Below, one piece after another: positions 13,133 to 25,510 of a DNA stretch of 64,000 bases. The notes beneath the pieces are model-generated. The model did no database searches and was not told the origin of the DNA. It saw only the letters and a program-made list of their open reading frames with translations. The translations under genes and the position numbers were made by a program. How positions within the stretch are numbered: position 1 is the stretch's first letter; the number at the start of each line of letters is the position of its first letter. Source of the DNA: Malacoraja senta (Eukaryota); assembly GCA_038087875.1 (NCBI GenBank), contig CM075993.1:4032001-4096000 (forward strand). The letters run 5' to 3'.

Positions 13133-13577
13133 ATCTAAGCCTTTCACTGTTCGGTAAGTTTCAATGAGGTCCCCCCTCGTTCTTCTAAACTCCAGCGAGT
13201 TCCATTTTGTTTAGTTTATTATTGTCACTTTTACCAAGGTACAGTGAAAAGCTTTTATTTACCTCCTATCCAGTCAAAGAACAGGCTATACTTAATTACA
13301 ATCAAGCCATCCATAGGCCCAATTGCCCCGGCATTAATGTCAATTGTCCCTAGTGTGTGTAGGCTTGTGTTAATGTGCAGGTATCGATGGTCGGTGCGGA
13401 CTAGTTGGGCCGAAGGGCCTGTTTCCGTGCTGTATCTCTAAACTAAACTAAAGACCCTTCTTCGGTCTTGACCCGAAACGTTGCCTGTCATTCTCTCTAC
13501 AGATGTTGCCTGATCCATTGAGTTTCTCCGGCACTATGTGTTTTGCTCACAATTACAGCATCTGCAGCTCCTTGTTT

Positions 13578-13896
13578 AATTTAGTTCAGTTTAGAGATAC
13601 AGCGCGAAAACAGGCCCTTCGGCCCACCGAGTCCACGCCGACCAGCGATCCCCGCACATTAACACTATCCCACACACACCAGGGACAATTTTACACTTAT
13701 ACCAAGCCAATTAACCTACAAACCTGTACGTCTTTGGAGTGTGGGAGGAAACCGGAGCACCCGGGGAAAACCCACGCGGTCACGAGGAGAACGTGCAAAC
13801 TCTATACAGACAGGACCTGTAGTCAGGATTGAACCCGGGTCTCCGGTGCTGCAAGCGCCGTGAGGCAACAAGTCTACCGCTGCGCCACCGTGCCAC
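13578..13896 (-). mobile_element. V-SINE (HE1-like)
   Basis: Full-length reverse copy. Other - copies at ~2608-2909, ~4410-4591, ~28740-29656 (split by Vingi) and ~54355-54605. Confidence 0.87.
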
Positions 13897-14626
13897 CCTG
13901 TGGGTAATTGTGGGTGGAAGTTAGAGGGAGTGACACAGAGGCACAACTACTAAAGCTGCCGCCTCATAGCTCCAGCACGCCAGGTTCAAATCTCACCTGC
14001 ATCGTCCGTGTGGCATTTACATCAAGTCGAGTCAAGTTTGTTCGTCACATACACATACGAGATGTGCAGTCAAGTGAAAAGTGGCAATGCTCATGGACTT
14101 TGTGCATAAAACAAACAAACAAACCACAAACAGAATGGAACAGAATCACATATTCTTTTACATATTAAATATTGTGGGCAGAAGGAAAAAGGGGAAAAAA
14201 ACAGCAATTAAAAAAAAAGCAGTAGAATGGTTCAGTAAAGTACATGTACATGTTAACCCTGTGATGTTATGGGATTCCTCCCTCAACACAAAGACTTGAG
14301 TTACTCTGGCCGGACAGGGCAAAATATAGAGATTTCCTTCATCTCCGTGGATGTTGGTTTAAAAAGTGATTGTTGTGTTAGCAGCTCGTGGTATGAAAAT
14401 AGCAGTCGATAAAATACCCCCAGGAAAAAGGAAGATATATTTCCATCGCAAGGAGAGTAAACATTGAATAAATTGCACAGTTCTAGTGGGAGCGCTGGAA
14501 CGAATAAACCTTTGAGCGCAAATACATAAATATTTGCAAGTGGCATGATGTGCTGTAGAGCCATACTGCCCAACAAACAGGCCCTTTAGCCTAACTTGCC
14601 CATGTCCAGCAAACTAGCCCACTGTG

Positions 14627-14903
14627 AGAGGGATGGAGAGAGAGGGAATGCAGGGTTCACTTGAAGTTCGAGAAATCGAGAGTCGCACCGCTGGCTTGTA
14701 AGCTGCCCAAGCGAAAATATGAGATAGCTGTTCCTCCAATTTGCGATCAGCCCCACTCTGACAATGGAGGATGCCCAGCACAGAAAGGTCAGTGTGGGAG
14801 GGGGAGTTGAAGTGTTTGGCAACCGTTAGATCAGGTAGGTCCAGGCGGACTGAGCGAAGGTGTTCAGCGAAACGATCGGCCAGTCTACGATTAGTCTCGC
14901 CGA
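14627..14903 (-). mobile_element. Degenerate Penelope-like GIY-YIG fragment
   Basis: GETNRRLADRFAEHLRSVRLDLPDLTVAKHFNSPSHTDLSVLGILHCQS...RKLEEQ. Confidence 0.85.
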
Positions 14904-15035
14904 GGGCTTAGAGACCACATTCACCTGATCTCCCGGTTCGAAAATGTGGCAGAATCGAACGCTTACTTATCTCCTCTTTTAAACGTTTTGTACGAGCTAT
15001 ACATGAGATTGTCACGAATTATTAACTGATAGTTT

Positions 15036-15235
15036 NNNNNNNNNNNNNNNNNNNNNNNNNNNNNNNNNNNNNNNNNNNNNNNNNNNNNNNNNNNNNNNNN
15101 NNNNNNNNNNNNNNNNNNNNNNNNNNNNNNNNNNNNNNNNNNNNNNNNNNNNNNNNNNNNNNNNNNNNNNNNNNNNNNNNNNNNNNNNNNNNNNNNNNNN
15201 NNNNNNNNNNNNNNNNNNNNNNNNNNNNNNNNNNN
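15036..15235. other. Assembly gap (200 N, placeholder size)
   Basis: Run of exactly 200 N. Confidence 0.99.
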
Positions 15236-16035
15236 GTCTTCAGAGTGTGGGAGGAAACCGATTTGTTTAGATCAACTGTGGCGCCGTTGCCTCACAGCTT
15301 CAGAGACTCAGTTTTAATCCTGACCTCGGGTGCTGTCCGTGTGGAGTTTGCATGTTCTCCCTGTGAGCACTGGGGTTTCCTCTGGTTTTGAATTGAAAAA
15401 GCTTGTGATTGAATTGAATGATTGAAAGATAGGGCATGGAAATTGGCCCACCGAGTCCTCCGGTTCATCCCAAAGGCGCGCAGGTTTGTAGGATAACTGG
15501 CCTCCGTAAATTGCCCCTAGTGTGTAGGGAGTGGATGCGAAAGGGGAATTTCCTTAGCCAGAGGGTGGAGCTTTAGTGATTCATTGCCACAGGCGGTCGT
15601 GGAGGCCGTCTTTGGGTATTTTTAAAATGGAGATTCGTGGTCAGTGCGGGTGTCAAAGGTTATGGAGAAAAGACAAGAGAATGGGGTTTAAAGGGAAAGA
15701 TAGATCAGCCATAATTGAATTGCAGAATAGACTCGATGGGCTGAATGGCCTAATTCTGCTCCTATGTCTTATGAACATGAAAGTGGAACTGAGAGTGAAT
15801 GGGTGATGAATGGTCAACGTGGACTTGGTGGGCTGAAGGGCCTGTTCCCTTGCTGTATCTTTCAATCAATCAATTCAATCAAAAAACTTTTTCAATTCAG
15901 AACAGCGATGTTCATTGCTATTTTTCATTGTGGCTTGGAATGACTAACCGATGATCACCTTTAACCTCAAGACAAAATGAAGGCTTTTGGCACACTTCCC
16001 AATCCATTTGCATGTTTGGCTCTGGAAGGTTTGTT

Positions 16036-16410
16036 GGGTTCACGGGAGGTTGGTCTTGGAGGGGAGGATGCTCCTCAAACTGCGGAGCATCCTGGACAAT
16101 ACAGCTCACACCCCCTCCGTGACACACTGGTCAACCTGAGGAGCACCTTCAGCAACAGACTGGTTCCACCAAGATGCAGGACAGAACGCCACAGGAGATC
16201 CTTCTTCCCTGTGGCTATCAAACTGTACAACTCCTCCCCCTTCTGTCGTGAGACTGACTACCACCCCACCCCCCCCACCCCCACTAATCTTTGCACATCC
16301 CCAATCCTTTCCACTGATCACTTTAATTTCATGTATCTTGTGTTTTTATGACTGTCGGCAGATCAATTTCCCTCCTGGGATAAATAACGTTCTATCGTAT
16401 TGTATCGTAG
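16036..16410 (+). mobile_element. Rex1/Babar-type LINE 3' end
   Basis: SHPLRDTL...STFSNRLVPPRCRTERHRRSFFPVAIKLYN followed by a 3'UTR and short tandem tail. Confidence 0.8.
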
Positions 16411-16776
16411 AGGATAAATGGTGTAAATCATCCATTTACCCTGATTCCTGCCATCCTCACTGACTTTCCAACTGAGCAATGCTTCAGTCCCCAAGGATGC
16501 CCATTGGTAGCAGAGTGACTGTATCCAGGTCCCCTGCAGCTCAGGCAGAATTGGGACAACACCCAAATTTGGAGACGTTCCCTCTTAACAGCTTCAAACC
16601 GAGCCACAGATGAAACATTCCCTCTTCAATGGGAAATTCAGAACAAACAGGGATTTCACTCAAAGGACCTTCTGAGTCTCTGAACTCTTCTATATGTTAA
16701 TTTTTCAATTATTTATTCCACATTTTGCCTTTTTATCACACAATTTTATCTACAAAGACACCAGAAGGTTATGGGT

Positions 16777-17464
<688 letters not shown>

Positions 17465-17677
17465 GATGTACATATACACAAACAGAAGGCTGTGGAGGCA
17501 AAGTCAATGGATATTTTTAAAGCAGAGTTAGATTCTTGATTAGTCCGGGTGTCAGGGGTTATGGGGAGTAGGCAGGTGAATGGTGTTAAGAGGGAAAGAT
17601 AGATCAGCCATGATTGAATGGCGGAATAGACTTGATGGGCCAAATGGCCTAATTCTGCTCCAATCACTTAAGAACAT

Positions 17678-18086
17678 ATCATCAGCATCGGCGGTCTCTC
17701 AAAACGAGTATGACTGTCCTCTCCTTATTTGGAGGACGCCTGTGCGTGACTTTGTTTAACGTGGGGAGACTGGTGCACAGACAGCCACCACACGGTTCTT
17801 GACAGATCTGGGTCAGGATCCAGTGGCATGGAGTCCAAGACGACCGGAGACCCTTTTCTGCTGCAGCCTTCATCCGCCTTCCCAGCCGTTGTGACGCTCC
17901 ACTAAAGTCAGCCATCATCCTCCGCCTGTTCCACCTGTTGAGGTCTTGGTTGGATTGCTCTTTGTCAGGGACCTCCCCCTCGACCTTCCCGCCATGGGTG
18001 GCCCTACCAGGAGCATCGCTCCAGACGGCATCGCTCTCAGGATCTCGGGACCACACAAGCTTCTCCACCACGACAAGGTGACAATC
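17678..18086 (-). mobile_element. Non-autonomous RTE-derived (bipartite) retroelement
   Basis: Minus strand begins GTCACCTTGTCGTGGTGGAGAAGCTTGTGTGG...CCTGGTAGGGCCACCCATGGCG...CTGACAAAG, resembling RTE (Rex3/BovB-type) 5'UTRs. Only ~400 bp, no RT sequence, short (TGA)n tail. Confidence 0.6.
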
Positions 18087-19218
18087 CACACACACACAAA
18101 CCACGAACGATGAGATCACATACCACTTACAGCATCCAAAACATCTTTATTTTTATTTAATCTTCTAAATCCAATTACTATTTAAAAGCCATTCTGGACT
18201 CATAAGTTTAAACAAGGATACTGCATTTCCCTGTACAACCTGCTCTTGGGTGTTTCATGATGCCACTGTTAAATTTATACCATCTGCTTTCCATTTTCTG
18301 AACAGCAGGAACAATTTTTGAGGAGTCATCAAAACTCTAGGGCCTAAAATCTTATCAAGTGGCACACTGGTTTTGTGATGAAATTTCTTAAGAATTGATT
18401 GGGTACTTGTGGGCACCTACACATAATTACAGTGCAGGCTAAAGGTGCAGGGCTCACACAGCCTTAAACAACTGCTCACCGTTATTTAAAGGACTCAATT
18501 GTTCCCGAATCACCTCTAGGTGCAAATTGGAGGAACAGCATCTCATATTTTTGCTTGGGCAGCTTCCAACCCAGTGGTATGAATATTGATTTCCCAAACT
18601 TCAAGTAACCCCTGCATTCCCTCTCTCTCCGTCCCTCCCCCACCCAAGTCGCACCAGCTTCTCGTTCTCACCTAGCAAACAGCTAATAATGGCTTGTTAC
18701 CTTTTTTGCATATCTTTCATTCATTTGTTCTATATCTCTCTATATCGCCGTCTATATTTGTCTGTAGAATTCTCTGCCTCAGAGGGCGGTGGAGGCAGGT
18801 TCTCTGGATACTTTCAAGAGAGAGCTAGATAGTGCTCTTAAAGATAGCGGAGTCAGGGGATATGGGGAGAAGGCAGGAACGGGGTACTGATTGGGGATGA
18901 TCAGCCATGATCACATTGAATGGCCGTGCTGGCTCAAAGGGCCGAATGGCCTACTCCTGCACCTATTGTCTATTGTCTATTGTCTATTATATATCTCATT
19001 TCCCTTTTCGCTGACTGTCAGTCTGAAGAAGGGTCTGTATGGACAAGGTTTCCGCCCACATCCCAAAAACCGTGCAGGTTTGTAGGTGAATTGGCTTCTG
19101 TAAATTGTGCCCAGTGTCGAGGATAGTGTATGAGTGATTGTGGTCGGTGTGGACTGGGTGGGCCGAAGGGCCTGTTTCCGTGCTGAATGACTCTGATGAT
19201 GACTCTATCTCTCTGCAG

Positions 19219-19328
19219 TGGTGATCCTGAGCATTGCAGACAGCAGAAGCAAGGAGTTGTTGGCAAGCTACTGCCTCCCTGTCTCCTACCTGCAGATGTT
19301 TCACCATTACCACCTCGAGTTGATACAG
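19219..19328 (+). CDS. CCDC33: CCDC33 internal exon (110 bp, phase 1->0), C2-domain region
   Basis: ctctctgcag| VILSIADSRSKELLASYCLPVSYLQMFHHYHLELIQ |gtgagt. Resembles human [37 protein letters not shown]. Confidence 0.88.
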
Positions 19329-19841
19329 GTGAGTGAGGAGGAGCCACGGGGAGACCCGGCCAGGTACTAACCCCCAGACAGAATTAGTCAACACAGAAGA
19401 CCTGATCCTTCCCTAGCTCGCGACTCGTGGATCTTGCATGGTTTAGTGTAGAGATACTGGATCGAACCCGGCTCCCTGGCGTTGTAAGGCAGCAGCTCTA
19501 CCGCTGAGCCACTGTGCCAGCCCCGCTGAGTTACTCCAGCACTTTTGTAAACCAGCACCTGCAGTTCCTTTCATCCATATCTACAAAGTCTGCCTTTCCC
19601 CTTAAATGCATTCATGTGGATAATCCTCACGGTGATCCCAATGAAGACACGATGGTTTAAATTTCCTTTGAGACTCATCCATCCTGTATTGTCTCTGTGG
19701 GGCCGCCCTGTTATAGCCGGTGGAGGGATCAATTCCCCTGTTTATAGGCATGTGAACGATGTTGACCTTTCTGCCTGTGTTTGTCTCTTTCCTCCCTCTC
19801 CTCCCCACCCCCCCCCCATCCCCACCTCCCCCGACTCCCAG

Positions 19842-19943
19842 CCACACTCCAGCATCCCATCTGGCGTTCGATTATATGTCACCGTCGTTCGAAAGGGCAG
19901 CGTCATTCCGCGACAGGAAGGCTTCGCTTTCACCGGCTTCGAG
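19842..19943 (+). CDS. CCDC33: CCDC33 internal exon (102 bp, phase 0->0)
   Basis: ctcccag| PHSSIPSGVRLYVTVVRKGSVIPRQEGFAFTGFE |gtaggc. Resembles human QLYATVVRKSSFIPRY...ALE. Confidence 0.88.
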
Positions 19944-21803
19944 GTAGGCCGAGAAAAATGCGTGAAGAGAGGCAGGCATTGAACGAATTCTGATATCCAT
20001 CTCGGGGAACCCCCGCGGTTATGAACATTTCACCACTGCTGTATAATAGCACTCATGTTGAAAATCGACCTTACTTACAGATATAATGACCCTAAGTGTG
20101 TATTTGGAGGCTGAAAAGAGCACCTGCCACTCAAGGGGTATTAATATTAATGAATGCAAATGTTACGTTTTTCAATGCAACAAAAATTCCTAATTGCTCC
20201 GATTCTGAAAATACACTTTGGGTTATTGTAGCCTGGCCTTTACAATGTACTGGTTGTAAATCGTTCCTTTAGTTCAGCGATGGTTTTTATCCTGCTTCAG
20301 ACAAATACATTAACGTGTCTCCCCCCGCCATCTTCTTCCCCACCCCAGCTTGCCTGTTGCCATGGTATCCACAGCATTTGATGCATTATGGATTCAGCTG
20401 ATAACTGCACTCTCGCGGTGAACCAGAAGCAGCCCGCCTCACGTGGCATTGCTGGCTTGTCCCGACCAACGGTGATGGGAATCCGTCCTCAAGCTTTCTT
20501 CCTCTCCCCCCCACCCCCCACAACCCTTCAATCAGTCTGAACAAAGGTCCCGACCCGAAACGTCACTTATCCATGTTCTCCAGAATGCTGTCGGGAAGAC
20601 TAGTCCCTCGGGTTTGTTTCAGATCACATCACCTTGACCACTTTAACTTTCCCAAAATGGCCGACCTCGTGAAGAGAGTCAAGAGTGTTGAATGGTGATA
20701 GACACAAAATGCTGGAGTAACTCAGCGCGTCAGACTGCATCTCTGGGAAAAGTGGCAAGTGACGTTTTTCGGATCCAGACCCGTTTACGGATGAAGAAGG
20801 GTCTCGACCTAAAACGTCACCCATTGCTTCTCTCCAGAGATGCTGCCTGTCCCGCTGAGTTACTCCAACATTTTGTGTAAACCAGCATCTGCAGTTCCTT
20901 CCTACCCAGTATTTCCTGTTTTTAATTTCAGATTTCTACCACAGGAAATCTTTTGATTTCCAGCTCTGTGACTTTCCACCACGACGGCGGTCTCAGGGGC
21001 GAGCGCACATCTCCGCCAAAGATGGTCCTTAAGTACATTGTGATATGTACTGACAACAGAGCAATGACATTCTCACTTAACAGGCCCATAAATGAAATAA
21101 CACAAGGACTGTAAACCAACACGGTGGGGCAGTGGTAGAGTTACTGCCTTACAGCGCCAGGGTCCCGGGTTCGATCCTGACAACGGGTGCTGTCTGTACG
21201 GAGTTTGTACGTTCTCCCTGCGACTGAGTAGATGTTTTCAGGGTGCTCCTGTTTCAGCCCACATCCCCAAAACGTGCAGGTTTGTAGGTTAAGAAACATA
21301 GAAACATAAAAAATAGATGCAGGAGGAGGCCATTTGGTCCTTCGAGCCAGCACCGCCATTCATTGTGATCATGGCTGATCATCCACAATCAGTAACCCGT
21401 GCCTGCCTTCTCCCCATATCCCTTGATTCCGCTAGCCCCAGGAGCTCTATCTAACTCTCTTTTAAATTCATCCAGTGATTTGGCCTCCACTGCCCTCTGT
21501 GGCAGAGAATTCCACAAATTCACAACTCTCCGAGTGAAAAGTTTTTTCTCATCTCAGTTTTAAATGGCCTCCCCTTTATTCTTAGACTGTGGCCCCTGGT
21601 TCTGGACTTCTGTAAATTGTCCCCAGTGTCCAGTGTATGAGTGATTGTGGGAGGTGCGGACTCGGTGGGCGAAGGGCCTGTTTCCACGCTGTACCTCTAT
21701 TTTCTAAACTCTTGATGTATGAACGACTTCAGGCAGTGATGAGCGGACAGGGTTGTGGTGTCCTGGGGTGTAAGATGGGTCTGGGTAGAAGGAGTGCCTC
21801 CAC

Positions 21804-22342
21804 TAGGATTGCCAACTTTCTCACTCCCAAATAAGTGACAAAAGGTCAAAATACGGGACTAATTCCTGACGACAATTGGTTGACCGACCCGGCCGTGGCT
21901 GGGTGGGTGAATGATGAGTTGGCCCCGGGTGCTGGACTGCACACAAAGCCCAGCCGGCGGGCCAGCTGAGGAGTTTTGGCCCGGGCCGCGCGCAAAGTCC
22001 GGAACCCCATCCAACTCATGAACCGATGATTGGCCGTGAGAAGGAGGGGTGGTGGTGGTGTCGGCGGTAAGCGAAGGTCCGAAGGTCGGACGGATGGCCG
22101 GGCTGCCGACCGACCGACGGGGCCACGGGCGAGGCGCTGCTGCTGCTGCTGCTGCTGCACTGCATGGGCTGCACTACGTCGGGACGGGTGAGGCGGGGCC
22201 GGAGGCGGCGCTCCGACCCGACAGTCCCCTCGACCCGAATAGTAGCGGTCAAATACGGGACAAGGGCGGTCCCGTACGGGACAAACCAATTTAGCCCAAT
22301 ATACGGGATGTCCCGGCTAATACGGGACAGTTGGCGACCCTA
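21804..22342. mobile_element. Non-autonomous hAT element, second copy of the 3682-4231 family
   Basis: Same TIRs and interior; 8-bp TSD GCCTCCAC / GCCTCTAC. Confidence 0.87.
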
Positions 22343-22414
22343 GCCTCTACCTTTGTTTAACTTGGTGACATGAATCCACAGCCAATGACTAACCTGATCC
22401 ATGTTGCTCTCCAG

Positions 22415-22506
22415 GTTTTGCTTCGAGCTTTGGAGCACCCATTGCAGGACCCTTCAGGCCCGCTCCTAGCAGTAGCCAGGATAGTCCCTGACTATCAATC
22501 CTACAA
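22415..22506 (+). CDS. CCDC33: CCDC33 internal exon (92 bp, phase 0->2)
   Basis: gctctccag| VLLRALEHPLQDPSGPLLAVARIVPDYQSY(K) |gtaagt. Resembles human IFLRGVNEPL...IARVVPNYKEFK. Confidence 0.9.
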
Positions 22507-23272
22507 GTAAGTGGCTGGGCGACTACAATTGTTCAACGGATTAATAAATTAAATTGCCACTGGAGCCTTCTAGAAATTCACATAAACCACCACAGATCAA
22601 TCTGACCAACAATCAAATGTGAAGGTAGACAAAAATGCTGGAGAAACTCAGCGGGTGAGGCAGCATCTATGGAGCGAAGGAGATAGGCGACGTTTCAGGT
22701 CGATCCGCACCATGCGCGCATCACGTGCGTTGTGACGCGTAAATGATGTCACGTAAATGACGCACAAATGACACCCAAGTGGGACAGGCCCTTAACTCAG
22801 CGGGACAGGCAGTATCTCTGGAGAGAAGGAATGGGGAACGTTCTGAAGAAGAGTCGCGACCCAGCATTTTATGTCTGTCTTCGGTTTAAACCAGCATCTG
22901 CAGTTCCTTCCTACACATCTCTCTATCGCTGTGTATCTTGAAGGCTGTGCTTAGCTTGGGAGCCCTGCTGGGAGGTGAGGTCTGGGCGGGTGCACCGCCT
23001 GTTCCACTATTAATTATTAACACTGCCCCTTGTACTTTAGTACTCCCCACACCTTTGATGCCCTTCAGCGATCATCGCTTCCTCAATTAACATCAATGCA
23101 GGCATTGTAGCTTTGTTGGTGGAATGCCATTATACATTTATAACAAAGTCCTGAGGATTGCAGCCAATTAATTGGGGGAGGTTTGCTGAAGGGTCAGGGC
23201 TAATCCCCCCCAAGTGGCTGTGAGGTCATGGTTGAACGTGAGTTGAAGGGCAGGATACCTGAGTGGAACTTA

Positions 23273-23563
23273 TGGACCTGTCCCACTGAGGTGATTTTTT
23301 TTTAGGCAACTACAGGCGACCAGTTTGTTGCCACATGTTCGCCGTTGGTCGCTGGGAATAGTCTCCTCAGTCGCGCAAAAAGTCGTAGCGTCTTTCAACA
23401 TGTTCGAAATTTTTTTGCCGACAGTGGGTTTGACGCCTATGTGCGTAGCTTGACCTCCTGATGTAGGTGCTGTTGTAGGTTGTCGCCGGTTTTTCTACGA
23501 CCTGCTTTCGACTATGACAGTCGCCGGCAGTTGCCTAAAATATCGCCAAGTGGGACAGGCCCA
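23273..23563. mobile_element. PIF/Harbinger MITE
   Basis: TGGACCTGTCCCACT...AGTGGGACAGGCCCA; TSD TTA. Confidence 0.82.
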
Positions 23564-23882
23564 TTACAACCCAGCGGTGTGGAATATTGAGTAGGAAAGG
23601 AACTGCACATGCCGGTTTACACCAAAGATAGACACTAAATGCTGGACTATCGCAGCGGGACAGGCAGCCCCTCTGGAGAGAAGGAATGGGTGATGTTTCG
23701 GGTCGAGCCCCTTCTTCAGACTGCTACTTACATTATTTTTGGGGAGAAATGGGAGTCGATGGAGAAGCTGTTAAGAGTAAGGACCAGCTCTGCTAGGCGG
23801 AGGAGAGCGTTGGTCGGGGGAACTTGGCTGGTTCTGCAGTTGTTATTTGATTGTATTTGACTTTCCCTTTACCTGGTCCTTA

Positions 23883-24085
23883 AGAGCCTGTCCCTCTTGG
23901 CCGTCATCTGCGTGTCACGCAGGTGGCGCGCGAGGATTTTGTACATCACAACATCCTGGGGCACCGCGCGCTCACCGCGCGTCACTGCCTACGTCACCAC
24001 GTCTCACCACGCGCGCCTTAAGTCGTGACGCGTAAATGATGTCGCGTAAATGACGCGCAAATAACGCCCAAGTGGGACAGGCCCT
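23883..24085. mobile_element. PIF/Harbinger MITE
   Basis: AGAGCCTGTCCCTCTTGG...CCAAGTGGGACAGGCCCT; TSD TTA. Confidence 0.85.
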
Positions 24086-24810
24086 TTACTCTTAACGACT
24101 TCTCCTTTGACTCCTCCCACTTCCTCAAAACATTTTTTTAGCAGTCTGAAGAAGGGTCTCAACCCGAAACGTCACCCATCCCTTCTATCCAGAGATGCTG
24201 TCTGACCCGCTGAGTCACTCCAGCATTTTGTGTCTATCTTCCGTATAGATATTGACTTCTCTAACTTCAAGTAACCCTTGCTTTCCCTCTCTTTCCAACC
24301 CTCCCCCAACCTAGTTCTCCGACCAGTCTGACTGTCCCCCTAATTACATTTTATCTCTGTATGCTTCGTTGTCACCCTCCCCCAGCTAACGATGATCTAT
24401 TCTACACTTTCCTTGAGCTTCGTCCCCTTTGATGTCTGGGTTTCACACCTTCCCCTTCCATATCTCTGTTTCTCCCTCTCCCCTGAGTTTGAAGATGTGT
24501 CTCGACCCGAAATGTCACCCATTCCTTCGATCCAGAGATGCTTCCTGTCACGCTGAGTCACTCCAGCAGTTTGTGTCTATCTTTGGAAATAAGGACCGAT
24601 CTCCCCGCGTGTCACACGTCATCACGCCGCGTATTTTTCAGTGACCTGATACGTCAATCAACGATGCCGGCAGTTGCCGAAAAAAATATCGCCAAGTGGG
24701 ACAGGCCCTACTCCTTCGTGGGCGGTAGATTGGCCAGGGTACAGGGAGGATGCAACAGTGCTGGCACACGGTTACAGCTGCACGGGTATTGACGTATATT
24801 CTCCACACAG

Positions 24811-24931
24811 GTCCACAATGTTGATGAAAACCCCCAGACTGGCCGGCATTAATGTCACCACCGTGAGGTACCCAGGCCCACCGCCGTCTTCCTTCAATGC
24901 CCCCCATCACACCAGCCAAGGGCATCCACAG
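24811..24931 (+). CDS. CCDC33: CCDC33 internal exon (121 bp, phase 2->0)
   Basis: ctccacacag| STMLMKTPRLAGINVTTVRYPGPPPSSFNAPHHTSQGHPQ |gtaggt. Phase continues from the previous exon; ends G.PQ as in human. Confidence 0.85.
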
Positions 24932-25389
24932 GTAGGTTTCAAGAGTCACGAGTGTTTAATAGTCATATGTCCCTGACAAGGGAACAATGAACCAGCACAG
25001 ACAGCCCTGTAGACACAATACACATCGAACAAAATATCAAACTCAACGGCGGTCACGGAGGCACAGCGGTAGAGTTGCTGCCTTACAGCAAAATGCAGCT
25101 TCGATCCCGACTACGGGTGCTGTCTGTACCGAGTTTGTATGTTCTCCCCGTGACCTGCGTGGGTTTTCTCCGAGATCTTCTGTTTCCTCCCACACTCCAA
25201 AGACATACAGGTTTGGAGGCTAATTGGCTTGGTGTAAACGTAAAATTGTCCCTAGTGTGTGTCGGGTAGTGTTAATGTGCGGGGATCGCTGGTCGGTGCG
25301 GACTCGGTGGGCTGAAGGCCTGTTCCCGCGCTGTATCTCTAAACTAATCTAAACTAAACTAAACTCACTTTTATTGAATTCTTGACTTC

Positions 25390-25510
25390 TTTAATTACTT
25401 AAATTCAAATTCCACTGCTGCCAAGGTGCAATTTGAACTCTTCATCCAGATTAATGGCCTACTGTATATCTCTGGCTAATAATCCAGCAATTTAACCATC
25501 GTGCTACTTC
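25390..25510 (-). mobile_element. Old SacSINE1/DeuSINE-like tRNA head
   Basis: Minus strand GTAGCACGATGGTTAAATTGCTGGATTATTAGCCAGAG...GAGTTCAAATTGCACCTTGGCAGCAGTGGAATTTGAATTT resembles the recalled shark SacSINE1 5' part. Confidence 0.45.
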
